A stretch of DNA of 64,000 nucleotides, taken from Phoronis australis. Lineage: Eukaryota; Animalia; Phoronida. Made by a program: the position numbers and the translations under genes. The notes under the pieces are model-generated. The model was not told the origin of the DNA. It made no database searches and worked only from the letters and a program-made list of their open reading frames with translations. This document shows positions 11,290-22,076 of the stretch, in pieces. The stretch spans positions 647,145 through 711,144 of the forward strand of contig NMRA01000075.1 in NCBI GenBank assembly GCA_002633005.1. Direction: 5' to 3'. Numbering within the stretch: the stretch's first letter is position 1; every line of letters starts with the position of its first letter.

Positions 11290-12252
11290 CCAGCAGAGCC
11301 TAAGACTTTGATGGTGAGCGCTGCAGGTTCGAATCCGGGCTCAGAAATTTACTTTTCTCTACCATCATGTCCAGTTGAGCGCTCCGAAAATCCATCAACA
11401 GTATGTAACCGCTTAAATTTAATCCGCCAAATCATTGGTCATTGTTTCGGGTAAAATCCCGTCACAGCGTTCATTTGAGCTTACGGGCGACCAGTTGAGA
11501 CAATTAATTGTTCTCACATGAGGGGGCTAGCAAAGAAAGTTCTAAACATCCGGGGACATCACAGACAACTTGGTGACATGCAAACAAAACGATGGAAAAC
11601 AATTGACAAATATTTCACTAAAGGATGACCTCAAGGAAGCTAATGGACGGTGAAGACCAGCCTATGGTCAGAAGTCCACTGAAACCTTCAACAGAGGATA
11701 TGAGGGATGAGAGTTACAAGGCCTTGGAGTTGGAATACGACAAAAAATGGAAGGAAAAGATAAGAAAAATAAAATCATTGGAGAACCAACTTCCAGGATT
11801 CAAAGGAGTAATCGAGCAACTAGTAAAAGACAGGACAATGAGTTCGACGAGCTGCAACAATATAGCCGGCGACACTGTTTGGTTATCAATGGGGTAACAA
11901 AAGCAGGAAAACATCGACCATATTGTGATTTCACGGGCGCAAAAATGGGAGCCTCAACCCATAAGTCCGACATTAGTTGCAGCCACCGACTGCATAGAAA
12001 AGATGCAGTTTTGACCAATAAACGTCCGAAAATTGTGAAATTTGTGTCCTTCAATGCTCTGTCTTGCTTCACAAAACAGAAAAGTCTAAAAGACGTCGCA
12101 ACTTGACCAAACGCCTTGCGCAGCTGTTCAAAGCCTGCAGAGACTTAAGTACCATGGTTGCTGGACAGTCTTTCGATGGCCGTGTGTACTACAACGATTG
12201 GGGTAGCGATATAAGTCAAGTGATTGTCTACAGGACTTGTCAGGAATTTTAG
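11290..12252 (+). mobile_element. Degenerate CR1/L2/Crack-group LINE 5' region and ORF1
   Basis: Frameshifted ORFs read DELQQYSRRHCLVINGV..DISCSHRL..RPKIVKFVS..NLTKRLAQLFKACR..FDGRVY, the coiled-coil+RRM ORF1 pattern. Pol III B-box GGTTCGAATCC near 11326 at the 5' end. ORF2 is absent. Confidence 0.75.
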
Positions 12253-12461
12253 TAACAGGAGGTATGATACTTTAGTGTGACGCATACTGTATGTACATGT
12301 AATTTACCGGTAAAATTAGCTCTGTGCTCTGTGTATCATTCTTCATATGTTCTAACTCTGACGCGTATAATCTGAACGACTTCACTTGCCTGTGGCTTGA
12401 ATTCAGTCTGTTGCACACATCCTGTTGGTTCCTTATAGGCTACATTTGGTATCAGTCCTAA

Positions 12462-14845
12462 TGGGGCTATTCGGAGAATTCTCCTCGCGGTGTCGCTGCT
12501 GTACTAGTGGTGATTGAATTGCGCATGCGTGGCTGTCTGCATGTAAACAACTGGTAAAAAATGGAATTTTTATCAAAATACGTCATCGCCCTAAGCCTTA
12601 TTACTGCTGATTTTCCTGGTGCAAGTCTTCGACAGGTGGCCACAAATTCCCAAAAGACCTAAGGTTACTACATTCCTGGACAATTGCGGTCAACAGGATC
12701 AACTAACTGACAAAAAGTGCTGAAGCCCCGTGTGTGCTCTATGACTATGCACTTCCATTTGGAGACTACACAACATTACTTGGTAAGTTTTTAGCAATCA
12801 GTTTCTATCAACATCGTTCGGTGATGTTTTGACTATGCAGTTCCATTCGGAGACTACACAACATTACTTGGTAAGTTTTTAGCAATCAGTTTCTATCAAC
12901 ATCGTACGGTGATTTTATCCCCACCAGTTACCCCACTGAATAACAGTTTTATTGAGTGGAACTAAGTGTTTCTTTTTGGAAACTCACCCGATGCTGGGTA
13001 GGCTAGCAGCACATATCCATATTGTCCTGGGTGGGAGTGCTCCCAAAAAATAAGAGGTGTATGGTACATGATTCACAGAAGTCAAGAGTGACTTTTTCAC
13101 AGCAGTTTCTCTTCAAAACTATGCTGTTTCCAATAAAATTCTCTAGATGTCTGAGTTTCCTTATTTTATCGTGGACCCCACCCCCAGGACCACCAGCTTA
13201 GTTATCGAATTAACATGAATAAGCCTTCAGTAAATGTCGTAACATTGCATTGGAAAAAAATTGAAACCTAGAATGAATTTTACTTGTTGAGATCAGAAGC
13301 ACATTTTAAGTGTCATGAAAAATACACATTGTTAAATTACTTTTAGCCTGTTTCACATGTTTTAATTCAGATATCAAATAAGACTTGGGTACAAAGGTTA
13401 ATAGTTTCTACACATAAACATGAAGATGAGATGTCAAGTATGTTCTGCCTTACAAAAGTAGATTTGTCTTGTCTTTTCATTTACAATTTGCTAATATTTC
13501 TATTCTGTTACAGGCAAGAAAAAACAACTGAAACCAACCGCCTGACCATCTATTTCACCGTTGGACAAAGTGAAAAGCAATCCTTCAGCAATAACCTGAG
13601 AGAATTGAACGTAATTCAGAAATTCAGCACCTGATATGCCTGATTATGGACTCCCTCACAGTGTTGTTTCTTTCTGTGCTTTTTCAGTTTGTCATTTGCT
13701 TTTAAATACACTGATAATTGTTTATTCTCGAATCTTGTGCATAGCAGATTCTTATCCAGCTAGCTACAATTGAAAACATACAATAAGACAATCGATGCAG
13801 TCACTGAATGTCATTTCCCCATAATATGTACCAAATTGAAAAGTTTTACCAATAGTATAAGCTTTAAGCCTTTCTTCTGAAAGGAAAATTTAATGTCACT
13901 CAGCTTTTGTCTTTCATTTCACTGGGTTCTAGTTTCAATGGCCTATAGAAGCGCTTGTAAAAAAGGTGCAGCTTCAACACGTGTCTTTCTTTCATGTAAC
14001 CTCATTCAGCCTAAATAACATCCACAATTAGACCCTTGAAGGTAAACACAGCAGCATATCACTTGAATCGTTTTGAGCCCAAAATCAGACTCTGAACTAG
14101 ACCAGAGTGTGGCTAGGTCTATTTTAGCTTCAGTCCCTCATGTTTCTTCCAGGAAAGGAAATAAGCTATTGTCCACACATGACTCATTGCCTATGAAAAG
14201 GCATCCTCACCAACAAGGCTTACATGTATTTGTGTAGCAGTTAGATATAGTTCGTCTGGATACACAGACACTCCACTGGCACATTGTCTTATGGTAACTT
14301 AGTACTGCGATTCACATTTCTCCAGGGCCACTGACTTGCACATTGTGCCATGCGGCACTGCTGGTGTGTGGAAGCGCTGTGGGAAGAGAATGGAGTAACA
14401 AAGCTTGTCTATGATACAGCTTGAAGTGGCCTCTTCAGGCGTTGTGTCGCAGGGGCCTTCATCAATTCAGCGGACATATCTCTCTCTTAACTTGACGGCA
14501 GAAAATGCATGCCACACACTGGGTTACCCTCCACTGCTTTGAACGTTGCGTGGGCGGATAACGCTGCGTTCTTAGCACGAACGAGCCAAGTGTGTCATCC
14601 TCCGGAAAGCGATGCAAAGATACTCCCAAAGCGCGCGTGAGACGATAATAAGTACATCCCGGTAGGGAGCAAAAGTGTGGCATGTTGACTGAACTTATCA
14701 CAACGCAGGTAATGTAGAACAATGACTGCCTCGACAACTTTTACAAACAGACTATATGAAAAGAAATTGGCGCGAAATTCTAACCACCCAAAACGTCACT
14801 TACGCAGTAGAGGACGAGTATTTAATTGAGTTACGAAAAGCTGTA
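12462..14845. mobile_element. Decayed DNA transposon with two convergent THAP genes (ISL2EU/Harbinger-like)
   Basis: Plus strand: YYC*..C..GGHKFPKDLRLLHSWTIAVNR..VCS..HF, GT donor at 12783, AG acceptor at 13513, exon 2 GKKKQLKPTA*PSI (AVP box). Minus strand from 14683: MPHFCSLPGC..GVSLHRFPEDD. TIRs are only weakly recognisable. Confidence 0.55.
12742..12913 (+). repeat. 88-bp tandem duplication spanning the THAP exon-1 splice donor
   Basis: TGACTATGCA...CTTGGTAAG...GGTGAT occurs twice with few mismatches. Confidence 0.9.
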
Positions 14846-15239
14846 ATTAGGTGAAAAATATATCTGGAATAATCGACGAACTTTATTTTTGCTAAAATGT
14901 CATGAAAAATGTTGCCTTTGCCTTTAACAATTGCCTTCTCAGAGACAGAGGATACATCAATGAAGTTAAGGAAGTAATTGAGAATAGATAAAGGGATTAT
15001 ACGCCCTCGGCCAATGTGGATCTCCACCCCCCCCCCCCCCCCCNGATGGCTGTCTTCATTATTCTCATGATCATCAATCATCAAGTCGTATAGTTGTCAC
15101 AAAACAGGAAAATCATAACAAGCGAAAAATAGATCAAACCTCTCATCAGATTCACTTCCACTTAAAACCAAGGTACCCCTTTCGTTGAATTGGACCGGAG
15201 ATTTAAATTAAATTTCCGACGTTAATTTTAATAGTAAGC

Positions 15240-16500
15240 TTGGTGAAATATAGCAGACGTAGACATGTGGGGAAAAGAATTGGCACTTTTTGGAAGAATA
15301 ATGTTTGTGAAATCCATAATTATGCCGAACTTATACATCTTTTTACAAATCACCGTCCCCTTCACAGGCCTTCCTGAAGCAGCTGAACAAAATATTCTAC
15401 TGTTTTGTATGGAATGACGGTAAAACGGAAAAAAATGTTGCAAGACTATGGCTTAAGAGTACAAAGTTGGTTGAGCCAGAATGATTGATGTCACTTCTTT
15501 TATGAAAGCCATTAAATATTAACTTCGTTTCGTGAACTACTTTTTCAGAGTACTACAAATCCATGAACAGTTTTTCGCAAATGGTTTGTTATCGATAGTT
15601 TCAAATAATTACTTACAGTGCATCATTCGGAGATTTCTTTGTAGAAAGATGTCTCAAATGACTTCTAATGTGACTTTCCTTGTGTTAATGAATTTAGTTC
15701 CCGAAAACGATGATATTCACTAGCCTCTATGGCTTAATTCGAAAATACTAATAGATAACAAGCCTGTTTTCTATAAATAACGGCTTCAAAAAGGCGTAAA
15801 TCATGTACACGACTTACTTAATTCTGATGGTTGTTTTCTTACTTAAGAAAATTCCCTTAACCCCTAAAGCAACTTTATTTGATGCTCTACGAAGCTCCTT
15901 TTACGCTAACTGGATTCATCTCAGGGAGGAAAACATCAAGTAATATTACCGCTTCGTCCACGATATGTACAAGTTATTTTGGGAGATACCATAGGTGTGA
16001 ATAAAATTTACCTCGTTATTGTCTCTCAAGATTAAGAAAAACAAAGTGTCAACTGAAGTGGAGAGAACCAAAATCTCCCGGATACTACAGAATGGCGGTA
16101 CAATGTTTGTTCCTACATCTATTCACTCACTGTTTCTCTGAGATTATTCGACTTTAGGCTGATTCACAGAATTATAGGCTGTAATGAAATTTTACACGAC
16201 ATTGGCTAATCAATACCTCATTGTGCACAGTTTGCTTAGATGATAGTGAACCTATTGTCCATGTGCACTGGTCTTGTAACGTTGCTCAACAGTTCTGGAC
16301 TAATATTAATAAGTGGCTCGTAGATCGTTGGACACAGTTGAGAACAGTCCGTACAATTAGTTCTGTTTGGTGTTCAGGTGGAAGCGATGTTGGGTCTTTG
16401 TCTTGCCAGGTACCATATTTTTACTGTATAAGCAACAGGCGAAGTGCATAAATCCCAGCCTTGCAGTGTTTCAGAAGGCGGTTGTAGTTTTATGGCTTAG
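15240..16500 (+). mobile_element. Degenerate L1/Tx1-clade LINE ORF2 C-terminal half
   Basis: Fragmented motifs WGKELALFGRIMFVKSIIMP, FVWND, MIDVTSFMKAIK, PLWLNSKILIDNKPVFY..GVNHVHDLL, FRLIHRII and LCTVC..EPIVHVHWSC..FW (zf-RVT), with stops and frameshifts. Confidence 0.8.
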
Positions 16501-17751
16501 TGCCAACATTGTGTGAAACAATTACGCACAATCAGACAAATGCACTGTTGTGACATCATGTTAGTGCCGTCAAAACTCGTATGGTGTTTTTCGTTGAAAA
16601 AAGCTTTTGCATAATCCCGTTGGTCTCGTGACTTTAACTTGTCATAGTTTCATGTTTTTTAAGCATCTGGCTTTAGTGTATGTATTATTTTCTAACAACC
16701 CAAGTCGTTGATTTCTGGACTGAAATTTCCCCCTGGCGTAGAACCTAGATGTAATTAGCGACACATAATTCACCCAATGCGAGACAGCAACACAATGTTC
16801 AAAATGTTTCACTCATCTTAATAACTCACTAAAAGAACATCTACTCCTAACTTCCGTAAGTTTCGGAAGGGAAGCATGATCTCGAATAACAAGCAAGCGT
16901 CAATTCTGAATATATAATGTATTGCTCGCATCACACTGTGTAACCACCGCACTTACTGACCCTATCTACTAAAAACTTCACACTTTTCCGTCATGAAGCA
17001 CCGATGCGAGGGCATAAAATAATATCATACCCTGGAGGAATTTGCACCATGAATGCTTTAGCCCAAATACAACCGAACAAAACTAATGGAAAAACTAATG
17101 AGAACCTAAAATGATTGGAATATGTCATGCGCAACACTCCTGATGCAAAAAGTGAAACCATATCATAAACAACCCATAGTCTCAATTAATTGTGAATATG
17201 CAAATGAAATACTCATTTACAAACAACATCGGGTCCTCCGGTGTGCCGGAAACCATTCGAGAACCAGTTCCCATTACAATCTCGTGGAAGTCTCGTTTTG
17301 CGAGACTATTTTATGGCAAATGAGAATGGTAATACTTCACCATGGCGGACGAACATCCGATGCCAGCCACCGACAACTGATGTCTGTGTACTCGGCCGAC
17401 ACTCTTCACGGTGACCACAACAAAAGCATTCGTTCTGTAATTTCAGTTTGCTGTCACCTTAGATAATATTCAGCATCATTCTATTTTGCGTATCTGGTAA
17501 TGCAAATTTTAGGCATTTGCACACACTTCTCCTCCACATTTCTTAGGATGACAGGGGAATTGTCGTTACCCTTTTGAAACAAGACACAGTTTTTATTATT
17601 TGTTTATTTCATATTGCGTAATACATGTATTTGGAATTACTAGTATTTTGTATATGTTCACACTTCTTCTTAATAGTAATAGTTGTGGTATTTTCTTCAA
17701 AACCGCAGTTTATTTACCAATTGTTTCCTTTCCTAATTATACCAAGGGTTG

Positions 17752-19126
17752 TAGTACATTAGGAGTGCTCTCTTGTGAGGTCGCTGTTATCGCTACTACT
17801 AGCGCCGCCAATTAGCGAATCGGGTCAAGTATGAAGTGCGAACTGTAACTTTTTTTACGTTTCCTAAGGATCCAGAAAGGTAAGGATTATTTGTCGTTCA
17901 ACAATATGATACAGTGTACATTGTCTTCCATTTTTGTGTTCTGTTCACGGTTGGAAGACAAGTCGATCGCAGTCCCGGTGCCACTGTCGTCTGCAGTGTA
18001 GGCTCGTTCATTACCTTTGAAAATATTTTGTTATGACATTTTGCAACTTTGACTAGTTATGAGTGATTATATACTCAGTGTTGTAAGTTGTGAGCTAATC
18101 TACAGATAAGTAACTGACTTGTAACTATTAGTGATTACAGTGGGAGAGTGAGAGTTTACCCTGTACTGGCATGTCACTAATAAAAAATGTTCTAAATTTA
18201 CATGTGTATATGTGAGAGTGCATCAGAATGGATTACAATGTTGTGGTAGTGATCAATTGCCTTGCTTTCTTCTTCTCACTTGTGTAACACCCACTGCACA
18301 AAACAGTTGTCTGCATTGCTGGTAGCCTGGTGCATTGAATAGGGAACACATGCGAAATTGTTGTGTGGGGATGAAACCAGCAGTGAGCTGGGAGCATCAT
18401 GTAATGAAAAATTGGAAAACACCAAGGATGGTACTGACATAACCGCAGGGGCATCGACAACGGTCATAACAAAATGCCCTTGGGAGGGCATGCACAAAAC
18501 GAGGGCCAAATCTTATCACCACCTCAGCGCATATTGTCAATAGTCACAGAAATCTAACAACCAAAATGTGTGACGATGGGAGGGGCTCAACACCCAAGTG
18601 GCACATCCCCTTGGTTTTTACCTGTTTTGCACTACCATGCACTCCCCTGGGAGGGGTTCAACACCCATTTGGCGCCCACCTGGTTTTTATCTGTTTTGCA
18701 CTCCTCCCATGTACCCCCTTCCTGGTACGTGGGGGCAATTGCCTCCTGAACCCCCAAGAGTGGCCACTAAAATTAGGTAGTCCATGGAGGTATCAAATCT
18801 AATTAAAAACGGTAATTAGCCTTATTAAGAACTCAAACCATGGAGGCTTTTTCAAGCAAATACACTTTAATATTGATTAAAATACACATTTTCATTCTCA
18901 TTCGATTATATGTGAGTGTTCGTTTACGTATTTTACCCAATTTCAATAACACAGTAACTTTATTGCATTTCGAACGTCATTAAAATGTGAATATATCAGT
19001 GTTTACATGGTTCGGACTACTCCGCTAAATTAGTGTTGCTTATTCACCGCTAGGAGCACTAGTTTTTCGACCGATAACAAGTGCGGCGAATGGCAAGATG
19101 GCGGATTAAACACTCCTATTATACTG
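17752..19126 (+). mobile_element. Non-autonomous THAP-exon-bearing DNA transposon (P-element-like)
   Basis: Decayed THAP first exon ending ..FPKDPER|GTAAG at ~17880. Imperfect TIR TAGTACATTAGGAGTG / CACTCCTATTATACTG. No TSD recognised. Confidence 0.4.
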
Positions 19127-19168
19127 CGCTCCTACACTCTGTCACAGTGCTACGAAAGGTATTGCTAT

Positions 19169-19520
19169 GGAATGTTGTTTATCATGACTTCCCATTGGTT
19201 AAATTAATGAAACCGACGTCATAACATTCAGTCATTCCCTTTCAGTTTACTGTCACGTAGTGTGGCGACCACCTTTGACTTGAATAGTTGCAATTTATTA
19301 AAACGGGCAGTAATCACAGTAAACAAAATCAAGGGAACCACGATCCAGTAGCTAAGCACAACAAGTAAAGTGCATAGAAGGCGTGTGCAAGTAGTGATGT
19401 GATCGATAAACTTCCGATCAAGCTTGCGCATTTATGCCCACACACGGAATTCCGTATGCCGTTCGTCATAATTCCACAGGTTCACTTTTCAGTATAGGTA
19501 GCACTATGTTAGAGGTTACT
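19169..19520 (+). repeat. Unclassified dispersed repeat, copy 2
   Basis: Homologous to 6909-7240. Confidence 0.85.
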
Positions 19521-19769
19521 ACATTCCTTGATTATACTTGTACACAAAGTTCTCCAGGACTTAGTCCCTTTTTGGCGCTTGCTAAAAATTTAAATATTCA
19601 TGGCTTTAATGAGACATAGCATCTTTAGTCGTTAAGATTTTTAGGACTGATCTACTGACCGGCCGCCGACGCGCATAAAATGAACGAGTATTATCTCCTC
19701 CATTTACCTTCATGTAAGTGATGGACTCGTCTGTTTGCAATGAGATAAATATTGCTAGAGTTGACATCA

Positions 19770-19917
19770 CATGGGAGGCGCAGCACTGAAAAAAGTGGGG
19801 GGCTAAAGCCCCCTTAGCCCTCTGTGGTGCACCGCCTATATACCATGTGCGGCGTAGCAGTGAAAACGTGGGGGGGAGGTTATAGCCCCACCAGCCCCCT
19901 ATGGTGCGCCGCCCATG
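19770..19917. mobile_element. Tandem dimer of ~72-bp mini-MITE with 5-bp TSD
   Basis: Two related units (19770-19840 and 19844-19917) with CATGGG(A/C)GGCGCA...TGCGCCGCCCATG ends. CATCA direct repeat at 19765-19769 and 19918-19922. Confidence 0.7.
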
Positions 19918-20862
19918 CATCAAGTGGATTTTGTTGAGCGGAGTGGTCTGCCATCTTGCAAATGAACCATGTTACTCGAGATGCGTGTGTACTGTGTAGT
20001 ATCTAGGAACCAATTTTGGTAACAACACGGGATTTCAAGTAAAAACTCATAGCTTTGATGTCAGGATCATCAAGTCCAAACTAGGATTTTTAGAAAATCA
20101 TACAAAAAAATCATTGGATACTTGAGCACAGGAATTAAAGGGTCTTAACACTTATCTTTAGTTATAGCAGAAAACATCAAAAATAAAGTTTGACTTGCGG
20201 TATTAGACACAGAATCATTGATATAATTTTTCGATCTTTCGATCGAGGCTTAAAAATTGAAACTGATAAAGTCGATTTTCCGTGGTCTTTTACCTGACTT
20301 TCCTTCTTAGTCCAATGCGGGTTTAGTGACCTTATGTTCTCTCCAAGATATCTGTTGTTTTCAAGCAACGAAGAAGCACAAAAAGTGACTACAAGATTAA
20401 TAGTTGTGCATTTTACAGAGTGAACACCAATTCGAAGATTTATTAAATATAGCCAGGTTATTGGGAGCAGGGCAGGATTGAAGGAAGCGATACTGCAAGA
20501 ATACTACACCCCACAATGTTATTGGAACGGTAGATGGTTGTTTCTGTAGATTTCAAGAGAAGGGGCAATTATTATGTAGCCTGGCAAGCTATTAAAATCT
20601 GCAACTGTCTTACTTGAGGAAAATCATCATTTTTATAATCTGTCCTGTTAATGGTCTTCTGCTACTTACATTGTATCAATACCTGGGTATGTAGGACAGA
20701 GCAGTTGAGTTTACGAGTTTTGTCACATTTATTTAGTAGCGGGGTGTTTTCAATATAAATGTACATGTACTAGTAACAGAATTATGGGCCAGCAAATGTC
20801 AGATCCAACTGAACTGAGGGATTTAATAAGAGTTGGTTGAAATCTGACTTTTGCTGTAGTGG

Positions 20863-21022
20863 AGTGCATGTACCAGTACGGTACAGTAACGTTGAAGTGC
20901 ATGTACCAGTACGGTACAGTAACGTTGAAGTGCATGTACCAGTACGGTACAGTAACGTTGAAGTGCATGTACCAGTACGGTACAGTAACGTTGAAGTGCA
21001 TGTACCAGTACGGTACAGTAAC
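20863..21022. repeat. 33-bp perfect minisatellite, ~4.8 copies
   Basis: Unit AGTGCATGTACCAGTACGGTACAGTAACGTTGA, head-to-tail with no spacers. Confidence 0.97.
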
Positions 21023-21927
21023 TTTGTACCAGATAGACATTTCCCTTTTATTGTCACGGTGTGATTTTACTGCGTAATGGTGATACTTTGAAATAAATTT
21101 ATTTTGAAATAAATGAAAACTTTAGTGTTTGAAATGGTTACAGTATCTCATTGTGTTGTTTCTGTGTGAAAACTTTTTGTTGTAGCTCTTCTCGTTCTGG
21201 ATAGCCGATTAGATGGAAGTGAGTTTGTTATTGACAGAAAATCTACGATTCATCATATCATGGGCGGATAAAATAGGAACATTGATTGGTTTAACAAAAT
21301 AATATTGGTAAAAATTAATAATGCGAACGTCTTTTGAAAACTCTAGTTCCGCTTGTGTACATGAACATTGCAGCCGGCGTGTTGTTTTACAAAAAAGTCT
21401 ATGACGCATCCGTCTCAACTGTGAGACCATGTCGTTTCAAACTGTACAAGTTACCAGTTCACCACACTAAGATGAATAAGGTACTAGGACAAGTAACACA
21501 TATGCGGATTTTTGGTGGGCAGCGCCCCCCCCCCCCACCCCTTGGCTGCCGCAAAAAATAAAACAGCAAGACCGTGAGGAAATATTGAGTTTTTTAACAA
21601 ACAAAAGGGGCTGGGGTGGAGGGCACAACGAGACCATGGCCCCTGTTCATAGCTGAAGAAAAACTATGTTCCCGGACAAAACTCTTCCATCAATTTTTGT
21701 TTAAGTTCGCAACCGCCAGTTGACTGAAAATTGTCCTCAATTTGCCACTCATTTAGTCCTTCTCCTAATTTCGCGTTTATCGCTGCCAGTGTAGAAGACT
21801 CCTGGCTACGCCAGTAGTAATGTTTGGGCGTGTCAATGGGTACTTCGAGTATGGGTTTTTCCCAATAAGTATACGTGAAAACAGTGTGGTCGATGTCACC
21901 TACGAACACTCGTGCATTAGTTAATTA

Positions 21928-22076
21928 TGACTCATGCTTTGCGATTGGTCAACGGGTGTCGCGCTTAGACACAGGCCGCGGTATAAATTTCTAACTCGGT
22001 GACAGAAATTTAATTTACAACACTGAAACTGAGACGTTTGCCTGTTAGTGTAGCACTTCACTTGTACACTGTAAGT
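21928..22076 (+). promoter_or_regulatory. Candidate TATA promoter and short first exon
   Basis: AP-1 site TGACTCA 21928-21934, inverted CCAAT 21944-21948, TATAAA 21982-21987, and consensus donor GTAAGT at 22071-22076, in canonical order and spacing. Confidence 0.4.

Noticed and set aside
20863-21022. CRISPR-like 33-bp repeats and repeat-peptide ORFs
   Set aside because: No spacers, no cas genes and a eukaryotic context; the ORFs are a by-product of a unit length divisible by three.
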